Notes: a model not told the origin generated them from the sequence alone. 64,000 nt of DNA from Bythopirellula sp. (GCA_965216565.1 OZ244170.1:1056001-1120000), one strand, 5' to 3'; shown: positions 1 through 10,605, counted from the stretch's first letter. Made by a program: numbers and translations.

Positions 1-230
1 TTACAACTTGGACATAGGGGGTGGAGACTAGCATGACAACTATGTGCCTTTGCCAGCTCTATTTAGCCTGGAGCAGAATCGGAACAAGGAATAGGGGACA
101 ATGAGCCGTCTTACCTCTGTTGCCCAGTCCAAGCAAACACAACCGAGTTGCTTGCCGATGCTCTGCGCTCTGTCCCACACCTCCGTACTTGTATCTCTAA
201 AGAGGTCTCTAATACTTTGACAAAAGGAGG

Positions 231-800
231 ATGAATCCCATGATCGACTACTCAACCATTCGCGTCTCAAAACTTCAGCAACTCTGCAAGGCTGGGGCAA
301 TCAACTTGATCGACGTCCGGACACCAGTAGAGTTCCGAGAGATTCATACTGATTGCGCGCGCAATGTTCCCTTGGACAAACTATCAAGAGAATTATCTAG
401 CAGTCTATGGAACGGCACGCACGCCCAGCCGCTTTATGTCATGTGCAACAGCGGAAATCGCTCGGCGAAGGCCTGCCAAGAACTTGCTAGTGCCGGTCGT
501 GAGGACGTCTTCGACGTAGAAGGTGGCTTACAGGCGTGGATTGATACTGGACTTCCAGTGATTCGTGGCAAGAAGGCAGTCTCGCTGGAGAGACAAGTTC
601 GAATTGTTGCCGGAGCCATTGTGCTGGTGGGAGCAATTCTGGCGATGGCCGTTCATCCCTACTTCGCCGGCATATCGGCTTTTGTAGGTGCTGGCCTCAT
701 GTTCGCCGGGATTACCGACACCTGTGGCATGGCAATGATGCTGGCCAAAATGCCCTGGAATCAAGTGACAGATGAGACACCCACATGCTCTGTTGATTGA
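231..800 (+). CDS. Rhodanese domain protein with C-terminal DUF2892 membrane domain (YgaP-like)
   Basis: LIDVRTPVEF, active-site loop MCNSGNRS and VEGGLQAW, then ERQVRIVAG...FAGITDTCGMAMMLAKMPWN (DUF2892). Confidence 0.92.
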   Translation: MNPMIDYSTIRVSKLQQLCKAGAINLIDVRTPVEFREIHTDCARNVPLDKLSRELSSSLWNGTHAQPLYVMCNSGNRSAKACQELASAGREDVFDVEGGLQAWIDTGLPVIRGKKAVSLERQVRIVAGAIVLVGAILAMAVHPYFAGISAFVGAGLMFAGITDTCGMAMMLAKMPWNQVTDETPTCSVD

Positions 801-812
801 TGGGATGAGACA

Positions 813-1703
813 ATGCCGCTAGTCATATTCGGAGCCCTAATCGTTGGCCTAACCCTCGGTATGCTTGGCTCAGGAGGATCAGCCATTACTGTTCCCGTGT
901 TGATTTACATTGTTGGGCATGGAACAAAGGAAGCCATTACTGAATCGATGGCCATTGTGGGCCTGATATCGCTTGCTGCAGCGTTGCCCTATGCCCGTTC
1001 GCATCAGGTCGACTGGAGGACAGCCTTGTTCTTTGGACTACCCGGCGTGTTGGGGACTTTACTTGGAGCTTGGCTGGGAGGTCTTTCGCCAGACGCGTTG
1101 CAACTGGTCGTCTTCGGAATTGTGCTACTGCTGGCAGCTGGAGTCATGTTCATTCAGCCGCACAGTGCGAAATCGCACACTCACGTGGCAAGTAGCGAGC
1201 AGAAGGGCACAGCTGTACTGAAAATTGGTATTGAGGGAACGACCGTAGGCATTGTTACCGGTTTCGTTGGTGTTGGTGGCGGATTCTTGATTGTTCCTGC
1301 ACTGGTCCTATTAGGCAAATTACCAATGCGTCGGGCAATTGGTACCAGTCTGGTGATTATTGCAGCCAAAGCCGCCTTGGGCTTTGCCAAGTATGAGCTA
1401 CATCTTCTCGACAACAATCTTACAGCCGACTTTGGCACAGTTTTAGCTTTTGTAGTACTAGGAATCTTCGGAAGTGTGATCGGCCGTTCGATCAACGTAA
1501 GAATGAATCAACAAACACTGCATAGAGCGTTTGCATCCTTTTTAATTCTCCTAGGTGGTTTTGTGATTGTAAATGAAGGCAGCAAACTGATTGCGACTTA
1601 CCCAACTGATCAACCAGTACGACAAAGCCAATCAACAAAACAAACTATGGATATCACAGCACATGTAGCGGAGAAGAATGATGTTTCTCAAATACTTCTA
1701 TGA
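813..1703 (+). CDS. Sulfite exporter TauE/SafE family membrane protein
   Basis: Duplicated GxxGxGG motifs (GMLGSGGSAITVP; GFVGVGGGFLIVP), AIGTSL, multiple hydrophobic helices. Confidence 0.92.
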   Translation: MPLVIFGALIVGLTLGMLGSGGSAITVPVLIYIVGHGTKEAITESMAIVGLISLAAALPYARSHQVDWRTALFFGLPGVLGTLLGAWLGGLSPDALQLVVFGIVLLLAAGVMFIQPHSAKSHTHVASSEQKGTAVLKIGIEGTTVGIVTGFVGVGGGFLIVPALVLLGKLPMRRAIGTSLVIIAAKAALGFAKYELHLLDNNLTADFGTVLAFVVLGIFGSVIGRSINVRMNQQTLHRAFASFLILLGGFVIVNEGSKLIATYPTDQPVRQSQSTKQTMDITAHVAEKNDVSQILL

Positions 1704-3108
1704 CGACGCCCTGGCCCACGCTTCCTATATGGTTGGCTGCCAGCAAAGCCAGGTAGCCATCGTCGTCGATCCAGGACGAGACATCGAGCAATACCTCGCC
1801 ATGGCCAACCGCGAGCAAGTAACACTTGTGGCGGTTGCTGAAACACATATCCACGCCGACTTTGTCTCAGGCGCACTTGAGCTAGCCGATCGGGTCGGAG
1901 CGAAGCTTTACCTGTCCGATGCAGGACCGTCTGAATGGAAATACCAATTTGCTGATGACTACGAACATCAGTTGATCGTAGATGGAGATTCATTCGCCGT
2001 CGGCAAAATCAAGTTCGATGTCATGCACACACCTGGGCATACTCCTGAGAGTCTTTCATTCTTGCTCACAGATTTGGGAGGTGGTGCCGACGTGCCGATG
2101 GGAATTTTCACCGGGGACTTTGTTTTCGTCGGTTCCATTGGCCGACCCGACCTACTAGAAGAGGCAGCCGGCATCGAAAACACTGCTGAACCAGGTGCTA
2201 GAGACCTGTTCCATTCGTTGCATCGTTTTAAGCAATTGCCAGACTTCCTGCAGATATGGCCCGCCCACGGCGCCGGCAGTGCTTGCGGTAAAGGCCTGGG
2301 AGCTATCCCATCGTCGACAGTGGGCTACGAAAAGTTGTTCAACCCCGCCTTTCAATTCGAGGACGAAGACCAGTTTGTTCAATACATTCTCGACGATCAG
2401 CCAGAAGCCCCCAAGTACTTTGCCCTGATGAAGCAAGTGAATAAGGAAGGACCACAAATCCTCGGAGTGATCGGCCTACCGGAGAGGTTGGACTCTGGCA
2501 CGCTTCATTCGCTTCCAACAGGGGTAACCCTTCTCGATCTATCGCCCTCAGGTCAGTTTGCCAAAGGCCATGTACCAGGCTCCATCAACATTCCCTTGTC
2601 GATGCTAGCCGCCTGGGCTGGTTGGATTGTGAATTACGAGAAGCCAGTTTACCTCATCTCTTCCTGCAACCAGTTATCAGATGCAATGCGCATCCTCTGG
2701 AAGATCGGCTTGGAAAGTGTGGCGGGCGTGTTCGATATAGAGGTTCTGAGAAGATGCGGACTGACGACTCAATGCTATGAATCAGCCCTGCCGGAACAAT
2801 TGGCACCACGTATCAGATCGGGAGACCTAGTATTGCTAGATGTTCGTTCCGATGCTGAATGGCAGAGCAGTCAGATTCCCTGTGCCGAGCATCACTTTCT
2901 TGGTCGACTGCCTGAGCGTGTAGGTGTGCTGAGAAAAGACAAAGCCTATGTCACCCAATGCCAAAGCTCTGCACGATCGGCAATTGCAGCGAGCATACTC
3001 CAAGCCGAAGATTTCCGAGTCATCGACATGAGTGGAGGCTTGGCGGAGTGGCATGTAGCCGGTTTGCCAATTAGCACGGAAGAAAACGTAATACCATGTG
3101 GCACATGA
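1678..3108 (+). CDS. MBL-fold persulfide dioxygenase fused to two rhodanese domains (CstB-like)
   Basis: ETHIHADFVSG, HTPGHTPES, FTGDFVFVGSIGRPDL, PAHGAGSACG; a pseudo-rhodanese followed by a rhodanese with QCQSSARS. The start may be the second ATG at 1681. Confidence 0.9.
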   Translation: MMFLKYFYDDALAHASYMVGCQQSQVAIVVDPGRDIEQYLAMANREQVTLVAVAETHIHADFVSGALELADRVGAKLYLSDAGPSEWKYQFADDYEHQLIVDGDSFAVGKIKFDVMHTPGHTPESLSFLLTDLGGGADVPMGIFTGDFVFVGSIGRPDLLEEAAGIENTAEPGARDLFHSLHRFKQLPDFLQIWPAHGAGSACGKGLGAIPSSTVGYEKLFNPAFQFEDEDQFVQYILDDQPEAPKYFALMKQVNKEGPQILGVIGLPERLDSGTLHSLPTGVTLLDLSPSGQFAKGHVPGSINIPLSMLAAWAGWIVNYEKPVYLISSCNQLSDAMRILWKIGLESVAGVFDIEVLRRCGLTTQCYESALPEQLAPRIRSGDLVLLDVRSDAEWQSSQIPCAEHHFLGRLPERVGVLRKDKAYVTQCQSSARSAIAASILQAEDFRVIDMSGGLAEWHVAGLPISTEENVIPCGT

Positions 3109-3173
3109 TTCTCCACTTACCTGGATAGTTTGTAAGAGTTTTCAGCACCCAACTACTTTGTAAGGAAAAAGCG

Positions 3174-4772
3174 ATGGCCAGCAGAATTGACCTCACCCAG
3201 TATGGCATCCACGTTGAAAATATTCGCCGCAACCTTGCACCTGCAGTTCTCAACGAGCACGGTGTCCTCTTCGATCAATCGCAACTAACCGATTGCGGTG
3301 CGATTGCCACCGACTCAGGAGACAAGAAAGGTCGGAGCCCTAAAGACAAGAGGATTGTCGAAGAATTAAGCAACAAGGACGACATCTGGTGGGGGGATGT
3401 TAACATTCCACTGTCCGAAGAATCTTTTGCCAAGAATCGAGATATTGCGATCAGGTATCTCAACTCCTGCGACCGTCTCTATGTGATGGACGGATTTGCC
3501 GGTTGGGACAGCAAACATCAAATCAAAGTGCGGATTATCTGTTCGAGACCATATCACGCACTATTCATGAACAACATGTTGATTCGGCCAAACCGCCACG
3601 AGTTGGAGAGTTTTGGAGAACCTGATTTCGTAGTCTTCAACGCTGGAAAAGCAGAGGCAGATTCGAAGGTGAATGGGGTCGAAACCAAAACCAGTGTTGC
3701 TCTCAACTTTGGTAGCGGAGAGTTTGTAATATTGGGATCACAGTATGCAGGTGAAATGAAAAAGGGTGTATTCACCATCATGAATTACCTGATGCCCAAA
3801 CGAGATGTGCTATCGATGCATTGTTCGGCGAATCAAGGCCCGCATGGCGACGTGACGCTCTTCTTCGGTTTGTCAGGAACTGGCAAGACGACTCTCTCGG
3901 CCGACCCAGACCGCGATTTGATCGGCGACGATGAACACTGCTGGACCGAGGATGGTATCTTCAACATTGAAGGTGGGTGTTATGCCAAGTGCATCGACCT
4001 CAATGCCCGCGACGAGCCGGAAATTTACTCAGCCATCCGCTATGGAGCTGTATTAGAAAATGTGGTGCTTAATGCACAGACTCGGAAAGTCGATTACCAA
4101 GATGCGTCGAAGACACAAAACACGCGTGCAAGCTACCCAATCGAGTTCATCCCGCACGCCAAGATCCCCTGCATGGGAGGGCATCCTCAGAACATCGTTT
4201 TCCTAACTTGCGATGCGTTCGGAGTTCTTCCGCCCGTCTCGCGATTAACGCCGGAGCAGGCGATGTATCACTTCATCAGTGGCTATACTGCTAAAGTTGC
4301 TGGCACGGAAGTGGGCGTGACAGAACCCGAAGCAACTTTCTCCGCGTGTTTCGGGGCACCTTTTCTGGTTTGGCATCCTGCCAAGTATGCCGAATTGCTT
4401 GCGGCCAAGATGCGTGCTCATCACGCGGACGCCTGGTTGGTCAATACCGGATGGACCGGCGGTGCCTACGGCAATGGGCATCGGATAAGCATTAAGCACA
4501 CCCGGTCGATCATTCGCGCAATTCATAGTGGCCATCTTCGGGAAAGTGATTTTGCAACCGATCCCGTTTTCGGCCTCCAGATTCCTACGCTAGTACCACA
4601 TGTGCCCAGGGAAATCCTAATTCCCAGAACCACGTGGTCTAGTCCCGATGCATTTGACGAAACCTCAGCAAGACTATCCAGATTATTCTGTGAAAACTTT
4701 GAAATGTTCGCGGATGGTGCCGACGAATCGGTTCGCGATGCGGGGCCAGTGATGGCAGTCGCAAGTAGCTAG
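3174..4772 (+). CDS. pckA: Phosphoenolpyruvate carboxykinase (ATP)
   Basis: YAGEMKKG, MHCSAN, FFGLSGTGKTTLS, LIGDDEHCW, FNIEGGCYAK. Confidence 0.97.
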   Translation: MASRIDLTQYGIHVENIRRNLAPAVLNEHGVLFDQSQLTDCGAIATDSGDKKGRSPKDKRIVEELSNKDDIWWGDVNIPLSEESFAKNRDIAIRYLNSCDRLYVMDGFAGWDSKHQIKVRIICSRPYHALFMNNMLIRPNRHELESFGEPDFVVFNAGKAEADSKVNGVETKTSVALNFGSGEFVILGSQYAGEMKKGVFTIMNYLMPKRDVLSMHCSANQGPHGDVTLFFGLSGTGKTTLSADPDRDLIGDDEHCWTEDGIFNIEGGCYAKCIDLNARDEPEIYSAIRYGAVLENVVLNAQTRKVDYQDASKTQNTRASYPIEFIPHAKIPCMGGHPQNIVFLTCDAFGVLPPVSRLTPEQAMYHFISGYTAKVAGTEVGVTEPEATFSACFGAPFLVWHPAKYAELLAAKMRAHHADAWLVNTGWTGGAYGNGHRISIKHTRSIIRAIHSGHLRESDFATDPVFGLQIPTLVPHVPREILIPRTTWSSPDAFDETSARLSRLFCENFEMFADGADESVRDAGPVMAVASS

Positions 4773-4847
4773 AGTGATCTGAACCTATTAGAGGCAAGGA
4801 GAGTATCCTTTAGTATTCAATCAGATAATCAGGTTAGAAGCTTTCCG

Positions 4848-5699
4848 ATGCCAAGAAAGAAATCCTCTCGCAAGAAGACCTCGCCAAAAGTGAGCTGCAA
4901 GTACACTGTTCACCTGATAGCAGCGGCAGCAGGGGAACTTCTGCACGGGTTGGCAAACGTTGCAATCACTCAGTTCCCTGATATTCAATTTCAAGTTGTC
5001 TTACACTCATTGCAAGACACCATCGAAAAGCTCGAGTCAACGCTAGCAAAGATCGCGGGAGACGAGTCGATTGTTTTACATGCCCTGGCCGATGAATCAG
5101 CAAAACATGCCGTCCGCGAGAAATGCGTGGCCCGACGCATTCCGCAATTTGATGCAACCGGTGAGCTGATGAGATTCTTTTCGAGATGTGTGGGTGCACT
5201 CCCTCGAAACGATGTTTCACGCTTGCACAGAATCGACTCGCATTACACCAAGCGCATCGCTGCGATGGAATTCACAATGGAGCATGACGACAGCCTAGGG
5301 CTAAAGTCACTCAAGGAGGCAGATGTCGTTATTTTAGGTGTTAGTCGTGTGAGCAAAACTCCAGTTGCACTCTACCTTGGCTCAAGGGGATACAAAGTTG
5401 CCAACGTATCGCTGACTCCCGAATGTGGCATCCCCAAGGAACTTGCAAGGCTTTCTAAGAAGAGGGTCGTGGCATTTACTATGCAACCCAAAAGGTTACA
5501 ACAGATTCGCAATGAACGAGCCAACAGTATTGGTCTTAAAAACACTGCCTATAATGATTTGCGGAGCATCACTCATGAGTTAATGGACGTAGAAACGGAG
5601 TACAAAAGTCGTGGTTTCGAGGTTATCGACGTGACGAATCTTACAATAGAACAAACGGCCGCAAAGATCATAAACTTAATTGATTCCAAACACAGATGA
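4848..5699 (+). CDS. PPDK/PEP-synthase regulatory protein (kinase/pyrophosphorylase, DUF299)
   Basis: RIAAMEFTMEHDD, ADVVILGVSRVSKTPVALYL, GYKVANV, IDVTNLTIEQTA. Confidence 0.9.
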   Translation: MPRKKSSRKKTSPKVSCKYTVHLIAAAAGELLHGLANVAITQFPDIQFQVVLHSLQDTIEKLESTLAKIAGDESIVLHALADESAKHAVREKCVARRIPQFDATGELMRFFSRCVGALPRNDVSRLHRIDSHYTKRIAAMEFTMEHDDSLGLKSLKEADVVILGVSRVSKTPVALYLGSRGYKVANVSLTPECGIPKELARLSKKRVVAFTMQPKRLQQIRNERANSIGLKNTAYNDLRSITHELMDVETEYKSRGFEVIDVTNLTIEQTAAKIINLIDSKHR

Positions 5700-5720
5700 A
5701 TTCATGAGCTTACAGCATTG

Positions 5721-5747
5721 TGACCTGCCCCGAATAGTGACTCCAGT
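5721..5747. mobile_element. Isolated IS3-family-like terminal inverted repeat
   Basis: TGACCTGCCCCGAAT resembles TGACCTTCCCCCGAAT at 21688, which lies beside an IS3 transposase remnant. Confidence 0.5.
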
Positions 5748-5822
5748 GTTCAAGTTGCGTTATGGATTGTTAGCCGCCTAGTACTGTGAAACTGTGAATA
5801 GTTCAGTAAGCAGGCTCCTCAG

Positions 5823-6503
5823 TTAGATACGTGTCCGATTGCGAATTAGAGAGAAGATGACCGAAACGATTACTCCCAACGACATGACCTTAGGCTCAGG
5901 AATAGGAGTAACGAAAGTTCTGAATCCTCTGTCCTGGTGCTCACGAGGGTTTAAGCCTGTGTCGAACTGATGATGGAAATAAAAAGCTTGGCCGCCTTCG
6001 TAGCTAGAATTCGTCGTAGACCAAAAGTATCGCGCTCCGTATCGAGTTGTCTTTGCTGAAAGAACTATTGCAAGCTGCTGCCCCAGACTTACTTCAAAAC
6101 TTTGGTCCCCAAGCTCGACCCCCGTGAATAGTGTAGTTAGAGGAGAATACGGAACTTCAAATGGTAAGAGTTCGACTTTAGCCAAAATATCTTCTGACTT
6201 GGTGATCGGATGCCCGAACTGGTCTGTTGCTACGATTTCGATTTCCAATGGCACGCTCGGTGCGAGAGAGTCTGTTCGAGATAACTGCAATTCAATGCGG
6301 TTTAGCGTTCCCGATGCGTCGGATGTGAAAGTTTGCCCGAGCGTAACGATTCTGGATACTGGAGAACCGCCTATTACCGGGATTGCCATGAAATCGTTGT
6401 CCACGACACGAGTGTCGGATGCTACTACGTTCGCGCAAGTGAGAAGCACTCCCGATGTCAAGCAGGCTCGTATAGCTATCGCAAGTGTTTGAGCCCTACT
6501 CAA
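5823..6503 (-). CDS. PEP-CTERM sorting domain secreted protein
   Basis: N-terminal signal peptide; C-terminal IPEPKVMSLGVIVSVIFSLIRNRTRI (PEP, TM helix, basic tail). Confidence 0.8.
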   Translation of the reverse strand: MSRAQTLAIAIRACLTSGVLLTCANVVASDTRVVDNDFMAIPVIGGSPVSRIVTLGQTFTSDASGTLNRIELQLSRTDSLAPSVPLEIEIVATDQFGHPITKSEDILAKVELLPFEVPYSPLTTLFTGVELGDQSFEVSLGQQLAIVLSAKTTRYGARYFWSTTNSSYEGGQAFYFHHQFDTGLNPREHQDRGFRTFVTPIPEPKVMSLGVIVSVIFSLIRNRTRI

Positions 6504-7051
6504 GAGTCGTTGTTCCTATGCCAAGAGTTCTGGTTCACAACTAAATTGTGTTGCTACGATTATATAGCTACGAAGCAAACTCTACAAAGCCCGCCAATCC
6601 CCACTCGGCCTCTCTCTTAGTAAAACTAACCCTCAGGGGCGTTTGTTAGTATGCTTAGAACGATGAAGCCGATGCGTGTTAGGCATTGCCCAAAAACTGC
6701 TTTGGCGTGCTCAGCCGGAACAGGTTCGGAAATTGCCGTTTCTCGCTTCGGTCGAAATCACCGAGGCAAGTTACGATGAGTTGACATTGGGTAGAACAAG
6801 TTGGTGCCATCAGGCTTTCCCGAGCCGACTTGTCCTTTTTCAACCACTTTGCATGCCATCGAATTGACAGCAAGATTGTCCCTCGATTGGTAGTCCTTTG
6901 TCTCCAAAGCGACGTTAAGGGCAAGACTCTATGAATCGCATACCAGCTTAGAAGAAATTCACCGCTGCGAGTTAGCGTGTTTCAGCAAAACGCGTCGGGT
7001 TATTCCACTTCGATCAATTCGGCATAATTCTAATCCAATAGTTCTGGAGGA

Positions 7052-8485
7052 TTAGTTGCCGCGTTTTCGAAGCTGATCCTCCATCTTTACTATGCTGCTC
7101 ACATGATCATCTGCTAGAGACTGAAGGCGGGCAATTATCTCGGGATGTCTATCTGACAGGTTGTGACGCTCTTCTGGATCGGAATCCAAGTGGTACAGTT
7201 TGGGAGTATTGGGCTTTCGCTTGTTTTCACCAATTCCATAGCAACCTTCGGTGATGAAATGGGCCTTCCAGGGACCTGAGCGAACTGCATAGAGTTCTTC
7301 CTCACGCCAGTAGAACATCTCCAGACGCGGGCTGGCTGAATTGGCATCTGTCAGAATGCCTGAGAGATCGTAGCCATCAAGGGTTCGGTCGTCGGGAAGT
7401 TCGACCCCCGCCGACGCGCAAAACGTTGGAAGCAGATCCAGCGTGGATCCCATTTGCGACTGGACGGCCGGCTTGAGGTTGTCCGGCCACCAGAAAATGG
7501 CTGGCACTCGCATGCCACCTTCGAAGGTAGTTCCTTTGCCCTGCCGCAGATGTCCAGCAGAACCTCCATGGGGACCCATCGACAGCCAAGGGCCGTTGTC
7601 GGACGTGAACACAACAAGCGTATTCTCAGCAATCCCAAGGTCTTGCAACTTCTGTAAAATCTCTCCGACGCCTGCGTCGATTTCGGAAACCACGTCGCCG
7701 TACAATCCCCTGCGACTAGAGCCGAGAAACTCCTCGCCGGCAAAGAGAGGGACATGAGGTAAATTGTGCGCGAGGTAGACGAAAAAATGTTCGTCTTGGT
7801 TTTTTACGATAAAGTCAATCGTGGCCTGGGTATACCTTTTGGTGATGGTACGCTGGTCGGCTGGGCTCTCGATCATCTCCTTGTCGTGAAGTATGGGGAC
7901 CTGATACTGCTCGATCGTAGCCTGAAAGTTGGCATTGCCGTGGGCCTGTTTCTTGTAGGATAGGTAGCCCTCTTGCTTGTCCATGTCATTGGAGTAGGGG
8001 ATGCCCCAGTATGTATCGAAGCCATGTTCGGTCGGGAGAAACTCCGGCAAATGTCCCAAGTGCCATTTCCCGATGGCTGCAGTGGCATAACCTGCAGTCT
8101 GAAGTAGCTCGGCGAGAGTCACTTCGCTGGCGGGCAGTCCTCCCAGAGAATCGGGGAAGAAAACTCGCTTGGTGACAGACATCAGTCCATTGCGAATCGG
8201 GTACCTTCCGGTCAGTAGCGCGGCTCGGCTAGGCGTGCATACACTTGCTCCCACATAGAAGTTCGTCCACTTCTGTCCCTCTGCCGCCATGCGATCGAGG
8301 TGGGGCGTCTCGATTGTAGGGTGTCCGAAACAGCCGAGATCGCCATAGCCCAGATCGTCGCAAAAGATGACCACAAAATTTGGCTTCTCCGCAGCCATGC
8401 CAGGTTTGCAATAGGCCAGACAGACAAGTGCGAGAATCAGTTGCGAGAGATGTGTTACCAGCCAGGTGATTTGGGTCGTGTTCAA
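7052..8485 (-). CDS. Sulfatase (arylsulfatase A-like, Cys type)
   Basis: [37 protein letters not shown]. Start placed at a TTG overlapping the upstream stop; the ORF track extends to 8656. Confidence 0.92.
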   Translation of the reverse strand: MNTTQITWLVTHLSQLILALVCLAYCKPGMAAEKPNFVVIFCDDLGYGDLGCFGHPTIETPHLDRMAAEGQKWTNFYVGASVCTPSRAALLTGRYPIRNGLMSVTKRVFFPDSLGGLPASEVTLAELLQTAGYATAAIGKWHLGHLPEFLPTEHGFDTYWGIPYSNDMDKQEGYLSYKKQAHGNANFQATIEQYQVPILHDKEMIESPADQRTITKRYTQATIDFIVKNQDEHFFVYLAHNLPHVPLFAGEEFLGSSRRGLYGDVVSEIDAGVGEILQKLQDLGIAENTLVVFTSDNGPWLSMGPHGGSAGHLRQGKGTTFEGGMRVPAIFWWPDNLKPAVQSQMGSTLDLLPTFCASAGVELPDDRTLDGYDLSGILTDANSASPRLEMFYWREEELYAVRSGPWKAHFITEGCYGIGENKRKPNTPKLYHLDSDPEERHNLSDRHPEIIARLQSLADDHVSSIVKMEDQLRKRGN

Positions 8486-10110
8486 ATGGGTGCCCTCTTC
8501 AAGGGAAGAAATACCAAGACCAGTAGCAAGAGAATTGCTGCTCGCGGCTCCGGGACAGCCGCGACCGTAACCTGGACCGTTGAATTCGTGTAGTTCGCTT
8601 CCCACTCCGCGAGATCGAACGCGCTGAATGGCGTCGAAGATTCGCCGCGCTGCCAACTTAGAAAGTCTATCCCATCGACCCGCCCGTTGATGTCGAAGTC
8701 GCCCGCCATTGGCAACTGCGCCCCCTGGATAAACACGATGTCGTCGAAGTAAGCGGCCCCGCTATTCACACTGGTTGGCCCCACGTTGTTCACCCACAAC
8801 GTTGCTCGAACTTCATCAATGTTCGCATTGTTGGGTATCAACACATTCTCCAGACTGACAAAAGACCACTCGTCGGTAGGACTATTGGAGTCCAAGGCAA
8901 CAACTCTTTGGTCGCCCAACAAATTGTCGTTCACGTCAAACCATTGGATCCTTAGCGAAGCTTCGCGCGTGCCAGTTAAAGGGTCGTCCGAAGGGTGAAA
9001 GACCCAGGCCCCCAGGGAATAGACCTCGTTGATGTCAATGTCCGCACCCACCTGAAACTCCTGACGAATGATCCCGGGCTTTGCTTGGCCGCTCGCTTGG
9101 CCAGGGGCCAAGCTTAATGACTGCCGACCTGTGTGGGCATAGTAGGCATTGGTGTTGGCATTGTGGATGGTCGTCCACTCGTCGGAACCGGATGTCTCGT
9201 ACGTTGGTGCCGAGAGGTAGGGCGCTTCGGAGTTCGGATTCAGAAGCATTCCACCCCCGGGAATCACCTCCTCTTCGCCCACATAAAGTCGGCCCAGCCT
9301 GGTTAGCTCGCAATTGTTTTCGAACAGCGCAGATGAGGTAAGAAACGGATTGTCGCGGCTTCCTGGAAACCATGCATACCGCTCCACATAGCTGCGACTT
9401 TCAAGTTCCGGCAGCACTTCAGCCATGAAGTTGTAGACTTGTTGATCGGTAAAGCTGTTGTCTTCGGGAGTGGTGGCCTCCCCGTCGCGGACGGCGAATT
9501 CAGTGATCCATATCGGCAAATTGTACGTGTTGTGGATGCTGTCGATGTGGTTGAGAAAGACCTGTGGATCGGATCCTCCGTAGCGGTGGACAGCTAGAAA
9601 GTCGACCTGCAAGTTCGGATCCGCTGCCACACCGGCCATGAATTGCGACAGCCAACCGTTACTGGTGTTGGCCACCGCAGGGCTACCAAGACGAAGTCCC
9701 GTGGCTTGCAGAGTTGGCCACAGGTTCAATGCCTCTTGGACTGTCATGTTTGCTTGCGAGGCAAGATCGGGTTCGTTGAAGCCAAGCAGCGTGTCGTAGA
9801 GTCCTGACTGCTGGCCTGCGGTCCAAGTTGTCTGATAGTTCCCCGGTGCGTTTCTTCCCCAAGACATGGGGACAAAGCTCGTTCTTTCTGGTAGCGACTC
9901 AAACCCCGAAAGCGGTTCAGCCCCCCAACTATAAAACCAGGGTACGTTTAGGGAGTCCAGCTTTTGCAAATTGGAAGCCTGATGCGGCTGAGCGAGCGAC
10001 ATGCCGGCACCGCGCTTGGCGGAGTTGGCCCAAGGCTGGACCGCTAGGCATACCGATTGCATCAAGCAAACAAAAGCAATGCAGTGGATCCAGATATGAC
10101 GAGAAACCAT
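8482..10110 (-). CDS. GH128-like (Glyco_hydro_cc) glycoside hydrolase with CBM-like domain, dockerin-like motif and PEP-CTERM
   Basis: WFYSW, FVPMSWG, LLGFNEPD, LGSPA, DFLAVHRY, PIWITEF, VERYAWF; then GDFDINGRVDGIDFLSWQ and VPEP+TM. Confidence 0.85.
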   Translation of the reverse strand: MVSRHIWIHCIAFVCLMQSVCLAVQPWANSAKRGAGMSLAQPHQASNLQKLDSLNVPWFYSWGAEPLSGFESLPERTSFVPMSWGRNAPGNYQTTWTAGQQSGLYDTLLGFNEPDLASQANMTVQEALNLWPTLQATGLRLGSPAVANTSNGWLSQFMAGVAADPNLQVDFLAVHRYGGSDPQVFLNHIDSIHNTYNLPIWITEFAVRDGEATTPEDNSFTDQQVYNFMAEVLPELESRSYVERYAWFPGSRDNPFLTSSALFENNCELTRLGRLYVGEEEVIPGGGMLLNPNSEAPYLSAPTYETSGSDEWTTIHNANTNAYYAHTGRQSLSLAPGQASGQAKPGIIRQEFQVGADIDINEVYSLGAWVFHPSDDPLTGTREASLRIQWFDVNDNLLGDQRVVALDSNSPTDEWSFVSLENVLIPNNANIDEVRATLWVNNVGPTSVNSGAAYFDDIVFIQGAQLPMAGDFDINGRVDGIDFLSWQRGESSTPFSAFDLAEWEANYTNSTVQVTVAAVPEPRAAILLLLVLVFLPLKRAPI

Positions 10111-10135
10111 AAAAAACAGTCTGTGAAAAGTAGAA

Positions 10136-10540
10136 TCACTCACTCTGCAGTTCAAAGTCAATCACGTTGCTTCCTGGCTCCACTTTCGCGGTTAGCTCAG
10201 TCTTGCGATTATACTTGACCGGTAACTGCTTTTGAGTTTTTTCGCCCTCTTTGGTAACGGGGTCGATACGCACGCTATGCGTCCCTACGGCGGCTCCCAT
10301 CGTGCCTCGGAGGTACTTCAATTCATAGTATCCGTTCTGATCGGTAAATCCACCGGAAGATCGGAATCCTGGTTGTGAGAATAAAACTCTCAGGCCTGCC
10401 TTTGGCTGCCCATCCAGAGTGACCGTGCCAGAAACGGTTCCTAGCGGAGGTTGATCGCCCTTGCTGCACCCGTAGCAGAGCGATAAAGCAAACGCCAAAG
10501 CAATTGCGGAGGGACGATAGCTAGTGAAACTATGGGCCAT
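10136..10540 (-). CDS. Planctomycete lipoprotein with carboxypeptidase-regulatory-like domain (DUF1559 partner)
   Basis: Lipobox-like LCYGC, VSGTVTLDGQP, GFTDQNGYYEL, GAAVGTHSVRI, LPVKYN...LTAKV...N.IDFEL. Confidence 0.85.
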   Translation of the reverse strand: MAHSFTSYRPSAIALAFALSLCYGCSKGDQPPLGTVSGTVTLDGQPKAGLRVLFSQPGFRSSGGFTDQNGYYELKYLRGTMGAAVGTHSVRIDPVTKEGEKTQKQLPVKYNRKTELTAKVEPGSNVIDFELQSE

Positions 10541-10605
10541 CTTTTTGTAATTGATGAGGATTCCTAGATTGCCTGAGATGCTACTAATATAACTTGAGTA
10601 TGACA

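Noticed and set aside
1..35. G-tract GGACATAGGGGGTGG as a CsoR/CstR operator or IS end
   Set aside because: No matching C-tract half-site, and the context is cut by the window edge.
6676..6924. Short ORFs on both strands
   Set aside because: No recognisable motif or RBS; possibly decayed DNA.
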